Shown here: positions 1-6,968 of the stretch, piece after piece
Layout: every line of letters begins with the position of its first letter
Position numbering within the stretch: position 1 is the first letter of the stretch
IMG/VR virus record: IMGVR_UViG_3300032332_000267
Location: 1-32,978 of that record
DNA length: 32,978 nucleotides
From: a virus
Lineage: Duplodnaviria; Caudoviricetes
Reading direction: 5' to 3' (one strand)
Made by a program: the position numbers and the translations under genes
Notes under the pieces: model-generated
Told to the model about the DNA's origin: nothing
What the model saw: only the letters and a program-made list of their open reading frames with translations
Database searches by the model: none

Positions 1-123
1 ACTGCGTAATAGTCCATTACGTGAATCTCGCCGCGCACAATCTGATACCACCAGATTGCCGTATCGTCCCGATAACCCAAGTCCCAAGCCGTGAATACTG
101 GCGCATCAGGGTCAAACTTCAGG
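1..123. repeat. Terminal direct repeat (circular assembly overlap), left copy
   Basis: Bases 1-123 (actgcgtaatagtcc...caaacttcagg) are identical to 32856-32978. Confidence 0.97.
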
Positions 124-833
124 TCTTGGATTCGCCCCTCGTCTTGAGCCTGGCGCATCTCTTGGCCATAAAACGCCCCCAAAATAGCCGCATCAAAGCT
201 GCATTCATATTCTTGGTCGTACTGGTCTTGACTGAGCTGGTCTCGGGCTGCTTGAAGCTCTATGTCTGGCAGGAGTTTAGAGACACTTGCCGGAAGCCTT
301 AACAGGAACCAATCTGGCGTAGCCTGGCTCACCCTGTAAATGTCGTGAAACTGATTCTTTCCCTTGGGCGTACCCCCAAAGACAGCCCAACCCAATCGGT
401 CTGACAATGTTGGGCGAATGACGTTGCCCCAAACGCTTGGTTTGAAGTCTCCGTATTCATCAAGGTATACCCCGTTAAAACCCAGTCCCCGCATGGCGTC
501 AGCGTTATCCGACCCAAACAGCATGATTTTGGCCCCGTTGACCAGCTCAACGCTCAAATCGGCTTCATTGGTTGCTTTGGTGATCGGCGCAGCGTAATAC
601 TTCAAATAATCCCATGCAACCCGTTTGGCTTGGCTTCTGAATGGGGCAATGTAAGCATACTGGGCCATTCTGTTGCCCTCAGTAATTGCCCGTTTAATCA
701 AGTCGTTAATGGCCGCTACAGTCTTTCCAGCCCTTCGGTGTGCTACCAAACAAGACCAACGCTCTGTCCTGTTGTGGAAAGGCATGAAAACCTTTCTTGG
801 TGCATAGGGCAGGATTATTTCGCGCTTGCCCAT
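1..833 (-). CDS. terL: Terminase large subunit, N-terminal ATPase part (continues across the circular junction to 32369; about 439 aa in total)
   Basis: Not in the ORF track. My translation from ATG at 833 gives MGKREIILPYAPRKVFMPFHNRTERWSCLVAHRRAGKT (Walker A), MRGLGFNGVYLDEYGD (Walker B) and GGTPKGKNQF (motif III). It stays open to base 1 and joins in frame with ORF 32369..32935. Confidence 0.95.
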   Translation of the reverse strand, partial: MGKREIILPYAPRKVFMPFHNRTERWSCLVAHRRAGKTVAAINDLIKRAITEGNRMAQYAYIAPFRSQAKRVAWDYLKYYAAPITKATNEADLSVELVNGAKIMLFGSDNADAMRGLGFNGVYLDEYGDFKPSVWGNVIRPTLSDRLGWAVFGGTPKGKNQFHDIYRVSQATPDWFLLRLPASVSKLLPDIELQAARDQLSQDQYDQEYECSFDAAILGAFYGQEMRQAQDEGRIQDLKFDPDAPVFTAWDLGYRDDTAIWWYQIVRGEIHVMDYYA

Positions 834-1126
834 GTCACTACCATTTCTATTGGGCCTTCATCGGCTCCCGTGATCTCAGTCCTGGCTAACTTGGGTACGT
901 GATACTCAACTACGCTTTGAAACAGCTCAAATGCCTTGGCAGGGTTGGGTTTTATGTCAGCCTCTGGAATGCCATTAGCGACCTCATCCAGCCACTCTGC
1001 CAATCTGTGTGCATTACCATCAACAAACAAAGCAATGGCCTCCCTTGCCTGTTGTGTGGTCTTGTTGGGCGTTCCTGCCACCCTACCACCAGCCTTCTTT
1101 CTAGATTTAACTACTTTAGTTTCCAT
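815..1126 (-). CDS. terS: Probable terminase small subunit
   Basis: 103 aa, directly upstream of and overlapping terL. It has the GGRVAGTPNK N-terminal motif and a C-terminal EITGADEGPIE typical of small terminases. Confidence 0.7.
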   Translation of the reverse strand: METKVVKSRKKAGGRVAGTPNKTTQQAREAIALFVDGNAHRLAEWLDEVANGIPEADIKPNPAKAFELFQSVVEYHVPKLARTEITGADEGPIEMVVTWASAK

Positions 1127-1127
1127 G

Positions 1128-2423
1128 TTAGGGTTTTCTTACAATTAGATTACTTTTAGGTACGTCATAAGACTCATAAGGAAACTTAGCGCGTCTTTCT
1201 TTATCAGTTAAATTCATTCGTGCTTCTGTTGCCCTTGCTTCTACTTCCCCTGCCAAACGTCTATATCCTTCATAAGCGGCTTCTGCTTCAGCTTGTTTGG
1301 TCAAGTTGGCTTGTTGGTTAATAAGATTGTCAAATTCTGGCGAGTTGTATGGTGTTTTTTCAAGTAATGATTCAATTTGTTTTAATTTTTGAGAGGCTTC
1401 ACCCACTCCATACACAAAAGGCGCATCATTGCCAGAACCAGGACTGCCACCACGAGCAAAACCTTCTTTTGCTTGCACAGCGTGTTGTAATTCGTGTAGT
1501 AAAGCCTTTTTGTCTTCTTCTGAATATGCTTTAGCAGTAATTTTAGGTTCGCCACTTACAAAATCTTTTTCCGTAAATGAGCCACCGCCACGACCAATCA
1601 AGGTTTTTTTCATGTGTTCTGGTAATGCTATTTCACTTGTTATGTCTGTGTCGTAATACTGCAAAGCAGGGTAATTTTTATACAATTCTGGGTGAGATAA
1701 AGTTTCATGTAACTTACCTTCAAAATTCTTTTGTTTATTCAACAATTGAGCAGAAACATCGCTTATCTCTTGGCGTAACTTACCCTCTGCGCCTCTAAAT
1801 GTTCCTGTGGCTGACCAAATATCCTCGGGCTTTGCACCTGCTTTTTCCATCTCAATTGCAGTCTTGGCGGCTTCTTTGTTCCAGCTTTTTGAATTTTCAC
1901 CAATAAATATTTGCAATGGCTTGGGTGTCATCTGCCCCACCACCGATCTGGTCGGTTGACCCGTAAGCCCTGCGTTGATTTCGTTGCCCAACAAACTGAG
2001 ATAGCCTTTGGCAGCTGGCGCTGCGGCTTTGGCAAGACCTGGCCCCATGATCGTCCCAAGTTCTTCCATTCCCGCAGTTTCGGGTCTGGCTTGGGTTACT
2101 CGTTTGGGCAACATTCCCAAAATGTCTTTTGTGCCGCCATAAACCTGCTTATCAGGGGCATAATTTACATCCCCCATTACTTCCATAGGATAGGGCGTTC
2201 TGATCGTGTTTAGCGTGTCTACGGGCGTTCCAGCAAACTGCGCCACCCCGCCCCTGACCAAAGATTCCAAATTACTCAATCCACCACGGCCAATCTCGCT
2301 AATCATTCCCAACAGGTTAGGTGATCTGATGTTTTGCAATGCCTTAAAGCTGTCAGGCGTAATTGCACCTGAATCGACCGCAAATGGGTCAAGTGCTTGG
2401 GCTAGTGCGCGGTAATCAGCCAT
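1128..2423 (-). CDS. Polyvalent-protein-type protein with an LPD23-like domain and a zincin (HExxH) metallopeptidase domain
   Basis: ATGTFRGAEGKLRQEISD resembles LPD23. LLHELQHAVQAKEGFARGG and YRRLAGEVEAR match the MPTase of phage polyvalent proteins. The likely start is ATG 2423 (MADYRALAQAL), which overlaps the upstream stop. Confidence 0.75.
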   Translation of the reverse strand: MADYRALAQALDPFAVDSGAITPDSFKALQNIRSPNLLGMISEIGRGGLSNLESLVRGGVAQFAGTPVDTLNTIRTPYPMEVMGDVNYAPDKQVYGGTKDILGMLPKRVTQARPETAGMEELGTIMGPGLAKAAAPAAKGYLSLLGNEINAGLTGQPTRSVVGQMTPKPLQIFIGENSKSWNKEAAKTAIEMEKAGAKPEDIWSATGTFRGAEGKLRQEISDVSAQLLNKQKNFEGKLHETLSHPELYKNYPALQYYDTDITSEIALPEHMKKTLIGRGGGSFTEKDFVSGEPKITAKAYSEEDKKALLHELQHAVQAKEGFARGGSPGSGNDAPFVYGVGEASQKLKQIESLLEKTPYNSPEFDNLINQQANLTKQAEAEAAYEGYRRLAGEVEARATEARMNLTDKERRAKFPYESYDVPKSNLIVRKP

Positions 2424-2577
2424 ACTGACGCACCAATGCTTTAGCCATTTCCTCTTTTTTGTCGGCTTTGGCAAATTCTTGCGCTACCTTAACAGGAATG
2501 TCGGCTTTCTTGGCAAACTCAGGGTTGTGAGCTGCGGCCTGCATGAATCTGGCTTGTTTTGCGCTGTGACTAGGCAT
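2416..2577 (-). CDS. Small phage protein (53 aa, MPSHSAKQARFMQAAAHNPEFAKK...)
   Basis: My translation. It fills the gap exactly, with start/stop overlaps on both sides, and resembles small proteins common near phage terminase genes. Confidence 0.7.
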   Translation of the reverse strand: MPSHSAKQARFMQAAAHNPEFAKKADIPVKVAQEFAKADKKEEMAKALVRQYG

Positions 2578-3247
2578 GACTTTCCTTCATGTTGATCAGT
2601 CCGTTAAGCATTCTAGACTTGGTGTTAAACCATTGTTTTGAATAGTCGCAGCCTGAATAATACGGGAATTCTGGGATTCCAAGGGTGTAGTGGGCGATCT
2701 TAGCAAATGCCATGTCCTGCTCACCAACCAAAAAGTTGTATTCCTTGGGCAATTCACCAATCTGCTCGTCCTTTAACCATTCAAACCTGTGAAGTTCCGA
2801 CCCCGTGTGTTCGTCCACGTAATCAGGTGTCAACAGCTTATTTGCAGGATGTTCACAGTTCCAAATAATTAGGCTTGACCAGTTTTTTCTGGGGTAGTCC
2901 TCATTTTTGGATTCCATTGCCGTGTTGATGTACTTCTTTTTGTGCTTGGTCTTGTACTCATGTTTCACAACTTGGACAGCCTTAGACGGGTCAAACAGCC
3001 TATCCAGTTCATCAATGTTGCACATCATCAGCATATCTGACGCATCCATAAATATCGCATGGCCCTTAAACCCCATTAAGTACGGCACTAAGAATCGTTG
3101 ATAGATAAAAACGTTTGTACCGTCCCGTTGTTTTCCAAAAGTAGGAATAATGGCCACGGGCTGTGACGTATGCTCAATCAGGCTTTGACAAAAAACAGAG
3201 TATCCCACGGCTTCCCTTGGGTCGTATCCTGCAAATACCGTGATCAT
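2570..3247 (-). CDS. GT-A fold glycosyltransferase (GT8-like / CDI-like)
   Basis: Motifs VFAGYDPRE, F-x-YQRFLVP, the DxD-type FMDASDM, YPRKNWSS, LHRFEWL, GELPKEYN and HYTLG-x-P. Confidence 0.85.
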   Translation of the reverse strand: MITVFAGYDPREAVGYSVFCQSLIEHTSQPVAIIPTFGKQRDGTNVFIYQRFLVPYLMGFKGHAIFMDASDMLMMCNIDELDRLFDPSKAVQVVKHEYKTKHKKKYINTAMESKNEDYPRKNWSSLIIWNCEHPANKLLTPDYVDEHTGSELHRFEWLKDEQIGELPKEYNFLVGEQDMAFAKIAHYTLGIPEFPYYSGCDYSKQWFNTKSRMLNGLINMKESHA

Positions 3248-3621
3248 TTCAGCGTCAGCTTATAAAGGGTGGAATCAATCAGCCCTGCTATTTCGTCAAT
3301 GATGTTTTGAAGCTGAGTTTCATCTGGCATAGCTTTACGATTCTTTGCCACGTATTCTGAAATGCTTTCCATGTAGCGGATTGGGTCTTTGGCATTGTGG
3401 AAATTCTCTGGAAAGTTTTTAATCTTTTCGTAGCAACCAGAATATGCCTCTGCAAACGAATCGGTCAATTCAATAATCTCAGGGTAGTAAGCACCTAATG
3501 CCATGTGAACCGCAAACGAATCGGTTGATAAGTGCATAAAGTGGGTGACTGTCCCCGAATGAAGCAGCGTGCTGATGAAGTCTGCTACATCTTTTTGATT
3601 TGGGTCTTTTTCGTAAGCCAT
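3244..3621 (-). CDS. Ferritin-like / Dps-like four-helix protein (DUF5856-like)
   Basis: Spaced His/Glu/Asp ligands: HFMH...HMALGAYY...D-x-FAE...NIIDEI...TLYKL. There is an AAGGA Shine-Dalgarno before the ATG. Confidence 0.7.
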   Translation of the reverse strand: MAYEKDPNQKDVADFISTLLHSGTVTHFMHLSTDSFAVHMALGAYYPEIIELTDSFAEAYSGCYEKIKNFPENFHNAKDPIRYMESISEYVAKNRKAMPDETQLQNIIDEIAGLIDSTLYKLTLK

Positions 3622-3630
3622 AGTGTCCTT

Positions 3631-3654
3631 AAAAAAGGCGGGGCACGAAGCCCC
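3631..3654 (-). terminator. Putative intrinsic terminator upstream of the late genes
   Basis: Minus strand reads GGGGC-TTCGT-GCCCC-GCC-TTTTTT. Confidence 0.55.
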
Positions 3655-3659
3655 AAAGG

Positions 3660-3818
3660 GTCGGCAACTGCTACCAACACGGCTGACCTCTCATTGGTAC
3701 TTAGGCGACATTGCCCGAAAGGTCATGCGTGTTGGACTCGATTTGGTCTTAACTAGGTAGGGGAGAAAGCCAGAAAATCCCTACTGAGACATCCTCGAAT
3801 GCTGGCTTGACGTCCAAC
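3660..3818 (-). ncRNA. Candidate structured non-coding RNA or leader
   Basis: Several perfect stems: GTTGGAC/GTCCAAC, AAGCCAG/CTGGCTT interleaved with GTAGGG/CCCTAC, CCAACACG/CGTGTTGG and TGACCT/AGGTCA. It lies in one of the few long intergenic gaps. Confidence 0.55.
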
Positions 3819-3821
3819 GTC

Positions 3822-4148
3822 CTAGATTTTAAGGTTTGGTTTAACAATGTCAACAGGCCAAAGGTTTTTTTCGATTAATTTGTTTATTGTTTTTTGGTAA
3901 GCCATTTGCCACAGGTCGCGTCTTTGTTCTTTGTTTAGCCTAGTTCCGCTGTCCAGCTCTGTATGGCAAGTTTGGCAAAGTGCCGCGGTGTATTCGTCGC
4001 TAGCCTTAATTCCCCGTCCTTTGCCGTGTTCAGCCCAGTTTGAGTGTGCCGCCTGGGTCTGGCCTTCAATGTAGCAATTCTGGCAAGGCAGGTCTGCCAC
4101 GTTCATCAGGTGTTTTTTGCTCCTGAAATAGTTAAATTTTGGTATCAC
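3822..4148 (-). CDS. Zn-binding nuclease-like protein (Ref / DUF968 / DUF1364-like, nin region)
   Basis: CQNC...QAAHSN...GRGIKASDEY-x-AALCQTCH; located in the nin region. Confidence 0.7.
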   Translation of the reverse strand: MIPKFNYFRSKKHLMNVADLPCQNCYIEGQTQAAHSNWAEHGKGRGIKASDEYTAALCQTCHTELDSGTRLNKEQRRDLWQMAYQKTINKLIEKNLWPVDIVKPNLKI

Positions 4149-4296
4149 GGCTTTTTTTCCAATCTCGCTTTAACTTTGGTTCTGTTATCACGATTTCTTG
4201 CGTTTTGAAAATGTGTTCGTTAAAGCATTCTCTTGTCCTTACCCCGTCTTTTGTGTGTTTTACGTCTGTTGCAGCCGCACATTTAGGACATTTCAT
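4132..4296 (-). CDS. Small zinc-ribbon protein (NrdR N-terminal / Ogr-Delta-like), 54 aa
   Basis: My translation: MKCPKCAAATDVKHTKDGVRTRECFNEHIFKTQE. It has a CxxC...C-x3-H-x-F-x-T-x-E pattern and overlaps both neighbours. Confidence 0.65.
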   Translation of the reverse strand: MKCPKCAAATDVKHTKDGVRTRECFNEHIFKTQEIVITEPKLKRDWKKSRDTKI

Positions 4297-4699
4297 TGAT
4301 TGTTACTCCATTTTCAGCAGCCCAAGCCAGTAAGAATTCAACAAACTCGCTGGCCTGTTCTTTTGTAAATTTTCGGGTCTGCATCCCTAATTGGACAATT
4401 CCATCACCAGAAAGGTTAGGAATGACTTTTCCCGCGGTCAATCCTTTTTCTTTGCAATATTCCTGAACTAAAAGCCTTTTCCAATCTTCTGCTGACCACT
4501 TAGCACCCATGTGCTGCGCTTGTTTGGCAATGTCGCCAATAATTGCGTGATACTTTTCCTCTTGAGATCTGCTTTTGGAGGCAGGATTGATCTCTAGCGT
4601 AAGCTGTCTGCCAGCGTTTAGCGTTTCTTTGATTTTGGGCCAAAGATTACGCATCAACGCCAAAGCCTGCTGTTCATTGTCAAGGTCGTATTTCACCAA
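4283..4699 (-). CDS. ninB: NinB/YbcN-family recombination protein
   Basis: RS-x-EEKYHAIIGDIAKQ...WSAEDWKRLL...G-x-QTRKFTKEQASEFVEFLLAW. Confidence 0.8.
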   Translation of the reverse strand: MVKYDLDNEQQALALMRNLWPKIKETLNAGRQLTLEINPASKSRSQEEKYHAIIGDIAKQAQHMGAKWSAEDWKRLLVQEYCKEKGLTAGKVIPNLSGDGIVQLGMQTRKFTKEQASEFVEFLLAWAAENGVTINEMS

Positions 4700-4958
4700 C
4701 TGCCCCCAACATTCTTAAAGCCGCTTCAGGGCTGTCAATCCTTGACAACGTACCTCCGCACCAACTTTCAAAAAAATCGGCTTGTAGGCCCGTTAAACGC
4801 TTTTTAGAGGTGCTTTTAACCTCAATTAGAAACGTGTGGCCTTTGTAACCCACTAAAAGGTCAACAGGTAAGCCAATTATCCAAACATAAGCGCCAGCAT
4901 CCCGCAATGCCTGGACTATTGCTTTTTGGTTTTCGTCAACCCTCGCTGCGTGTCGCAT
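4680..4958 (-). CDS. PD-(D/E)xK nuclease (VRR-NUC-like, possible resolvase)
   Basis: MRHAARVDENQKAIVQALR...PVDLLVG...LIEVK...LTGLQADF. The likely start is ATG 4958. Confidence 0.75.
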   Translation of the reverse strand: MRHAARVDENQKAIVQALRDAGAYVWIIGLPVDLLVGYKGHTFLIEVKSTSKKRLTGLQADFFESWCGGTLSRIDSPEAALRMLGAVGEIRP

Positions 4959-5070
4959 CTTGTGCTTTCTGCCATTCAACGCCCATATCAAATGCGTTTG
5001 ACATTGCTTGAATTGTGTTTTCGTTTACGCCTACGCTTCTAAGCAAGGCGATTAGTTCTTCTTTGCTCAC
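4936..5070 (-). CDS. Small hypothetical protein (44 aa)
   Basis: GTG start preceded by AAAGGAG, giving MSKEELIALLRSVGVNENTIQAM... It fills the gap between neighbours. Confidence 0.55.
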   Translation of the reverse strand: MSKEELIALLRSVGVNENTIQAMSNAFDMGVEWQKAQDATRSEG

Positions 5071-5249
5071 GATAACTCCTTTACCCGTTCACGGATTTTT
5101 TCAGTAATTCCAACCCAAAGACCTGATTCATCTTCCTCAAGTTCTTTGGCTCTCTGTTTTGCATAAGGAACCCATCCTGCTTGAAGCACCATCTGAGCTA
5201 GATGTTCCACTTGTCTGTCGTAAGCTCGGCTGAAATCCATCAAGGTCAC
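5067..5249 (-). CDS. Hypothetical protein
   Basis: Short ORF in the tightly packed operon; the start may be ATG 5240. Confidence 0.5.
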   Translation of the reverse strand: MTLMDFSRAYDRQVEHLAQMVLQAGWVPYAKQRAKELEEDESGLWVGITEKIRERVKELS

Positions 5250-5343
5250 CTGTTAAAAAAAGAGCTTGGTTGATCTGGTTCAGATGATAGTTTGCACCTT
5301 CGCGCACTTCATCAAGACGGTTGTGGGCTTCAAAGTAGTTCAA
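5137..5343 (-). CDS. Hypothetical protein
   Basis: Its ATG is coupled to the upstream stop (ATGA). Its 3' half overlaps the next ORF. Confidence 0.5.
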   Translation of the reverse strand: MNYFEAHNRLDEVREGANYHLNQINQALFLTGDLDGFQPSLRQTSGTSSSDGASSRMGSLCKTESQRT

Positions 5344-5579
5344 AACGTGCCCTCATCATCTTTCTTTTCGCTCCAATGCTGGACGGGTGGCGTCTTTAAA
5401 ACCTTGTGAATTTGGGTTTTTGGCTTTGCGCTTGTGCCCCATTGGTGAAAGCTGCACATTGGTCGATCAATCTGGACTGTCCAGCGGTTTAGGCAACTAG
5501 GCACAGAACACATCAGGCGTTGCATTTCATCAAAGCCAGAATCCTGAGAAGCATTGTTTTTGAAGTTAGTTAGCGCCAT
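5340..5579 (-). CDS. Hypothetical Cys/His protein
   Basis: CSVPSC...CSFH is a possible Zn site. The likely start is ATG 5579, overlapping the end of the initiator gene. Confidence 0.55.
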   Translation of the reverse strand: MALTNFKNNASQDSGFDEMQRLMCSVPSCLNRWTVQIDRPMCSFHQWGTSAKPKTQIHKVLKTPPVQHWSEKKDDEGTF

Positions 5580-6339
5580 GATATTTTCCCTCCACGATTT
5601 TTGCAAAGTTGCTTGGTTTCAGAATCCACTCTAGATCAGCAGCAAATGATCTCCCAGACTTGTCGTTGACCCTGCCTGTCAAAAACTTAGATGAACCAAT
5701 GTGTTCAAAGAATTCACCAAACCAGCCAAGAACGTCAGAAGAATCTATAGCCTTGGTTTTCATCAGCTCGTCTGCCACTTCCCGCCATCTCTGCCGTAAG
5801 TAGCCTTTTCTGGTTTCGTTCCAAACCTCCACCCTGCGGAGTGTTGGCAGGTGCTTGTGGTACAGCTCAATGACTTCTTGGTGATTGCAAAACGGAATTT
5901 TGCTTTCAGGCTCACCGTCAGGTGGGCATATAGATATATCTGGTTTATGGTTAATGGTTATTGGTTTATGGTTAGGTGGCGGTTCGTCTACGATCTGTTC
6001 ACGGTTCGTGTTCTTTTCTTTACGCTTCGCTTCTCTTTCATCAGCGATTCGTTTGTTTGTCTCAGCATTTTTGTGATAGTTCAACAATTCCTCAAGAATT
6101 CTGTCTTGCACGTATTGGCCATCTTTATCAAGAACAAAAAAGCGACAAAGCACAAATTTGACAGCTTCAACTTCAGCTTCTGTTGATGCCCACGTCCATT
6201 CAATCGCTTGTTCTAAAGTTGGGAAAACTTCACGGTCATAGCACGAATCTATAAGAAGCGTGTACGCTCCGTGTTGAAGCATAGTCAACCGACCAGCTTT
6301 TTTTGCATAGTCGCCAAGGTTTCTTTTGTAGTAGTGCAT
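5566..6339 (-). CDS. Replication initiator, DUF1376/YdaU family
   Basis: N-terminus MHYYKRNLGDY...LTMLQHGAYTLLIDSCY; C-terminus ADLEWILKPSNFAKIVEGKY; internal tandem repeats. Confidence 0.85.
   Translation of the reverse strand: MHYYKRNLGDYAKKAGRLTMLQHGAYTLLIDSCYDREVFPTLEQAIEWTWASTEAEVEAVKFVLCRFFVLDKDGQYVQDRILEELLNYHKNAETNKRIADEREAKRKEKNTNREQIVDEPPPNHKPITINHKPDISICPPDGEPESKIPFCNHQEVIELYHKHLPTLRRVEVWNETRKGYLRQRWREVADELMKTKAIDSSDVLGWFGEFFEHIGSSKFLTGRVNDKSGRSFAADLEWILKPSNFAKIVEGKYHGAN
5941..5975. repeat. Five 7-bp tandem repeats (TGGTTNN), probable origin iterons
   Basis: tggttta tggttaa tggttat tggttta tggttag inside the initiator gene, as in lambdoid origins. Confidence 0.65.
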
Positions 6340-6572
6340 TACGCCTCCCAATCAGCCCAACCTTGTACTTGAAGCACAAGATAACGCTCTGTTTGATTGG
6401 CTTTGGTAAGGCGATTTGCCTCGCGCATGGCAAGGTCAAATGAATCGTGAAATGTTGTAAATCGAAAAGATTTGAACGATCTAGATTGCCGCATAACGAC
6501 AAACTTAGATGACAAATTTTCAAGGGGAGTTTCGCCAATGACTTTGGCTTTTTTGAGCGATAGAGTCGCCAT
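6339..6572 (-). CDS. Hypothetical protein (77 aa) directly downstream of a C4-like RNA
   Basis: ORF coupled to the initiator start (TAATG). Confidence 0.65.
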   Translation of the reverse strand: MATLSLKKAKVIGETPLENLSSKFVVMRQSRSFKSFRFTTFHDSFDLAMREANRLTKANQTERYLVLQVQGWADWEA

Positions 6573-6612
6573 GCTGAACCTTACGTTATCGGTTGTCGTT
6601 ACATAAGCATAT

Positions 6613-6657
6613 TGGCAGGACGGTAACGAATCGTCTTTTCGGGAGCTACCCTAGCCA
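6613..6657 (-). ncRNA. C4-like antisense RNA, copy 1
   Basis: TGGCTAGGGTAGCTCCCGAAAAGACGATTCGTTACCGTCCTGCCA: closing stem TGGC/GCCA, two inner hairpins and a CCCGAAAAG junction, as in P1/P7-type C4 RNAs. Confidence 0.75.
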
Positions 6658-6667
6658 GCTTAAAAGG

Positions 6668-6695
6668 ATTATAGCTTAAACCATTCTGGTTTCAA
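6668..6695 (-). promoter_or_regulatory. Sigma70-like promoter for C4 copy 1 and the replication genes
   Basis: TTGAAA-N16-TATAAT on the minus strand, ending about 10 nt before the C4 stem. Confidence 0.55.
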
Positions 6696-6827
6696 GACTT
6701 TTAATTGCCAGACACGCATCTCAGGAACTTTATCTCCCCATTGCGAAACAGCAGCCTGGCTGATGCCTAGCATAAGTGCAAGCTCAACCTGTGAGCCAGC
6801 TAGTTTGATTGCTTGTTCTTTTGTCAT
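6669..6827 (-). CDS. cro: Cro-like HTH regulator (52 aa)
   Basis: My translation: MTKEQAIKLAGSQVELALMLGISQAAVSQWGDKVPEMRVWQL. It is a classic Cro HTH and the first gene of the leftward arm. Confidence 0.85.
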   Translation of the reverse strand: MTKEQAIKLAGSQVELALMLGISQAAVSQWGDKVPEMRVWQLKVLKPEWFKL

Positions 6828-6895
6828 ATGCTGGATTATATAAGATAACTTGTTGCAATTAAGCCACGTTAGGGTTTGTCCTTACAAAATAGTTG

Positions 6896-6923
6896 TTGAC
6901 CTGCACTAAATCTAGATTAAGAT
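6896..6923 (+). promoter_or_regulatory. Sigma70-like rightward early promoter
   Basis: TTGACC-N16-TAAGAT in the divergent intergenic region. Confidence 0.55.
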
Positions 6924-6968
6924 ACACACATCCCGTAGCGCAACGCAAGCGGTAACTTAGGAGCCTTT

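Noticed and set aside
1-123. 123-bp terminal repeat as a biological terminal repeat
   Set aside because: It falls in the middle of terL, so it is best explained as an assembly overlap of a circular or permuted genome.
1127-1144. GTTAGGGTTTTCTTACAA resembling GTTAGGGTTTGTCCTTACAA near 6868
   Set aside because: Only two gapped copies, one constrained by a coding end. Too weak to call a shared operator.
3780-3800. CTGAGA...CGAA resembling a hammerhead ribozyme core
   Set aside because: It lacks the CUGANGA/GAAA consensus with correctly placed stems, and it lies antisense to the local transcription direction.
3622-3821. tRNA in the intergenic gap
   Set aside because: No cloverleaf with a T-loop GTTC(G/A)A and D-loop consensus on either strand.
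5941-5975. CRISPR-like or microsatellite array
   Set aside because: Contiguous 7-mers with no spacers inside the initiator gene, which fits origin iterons.
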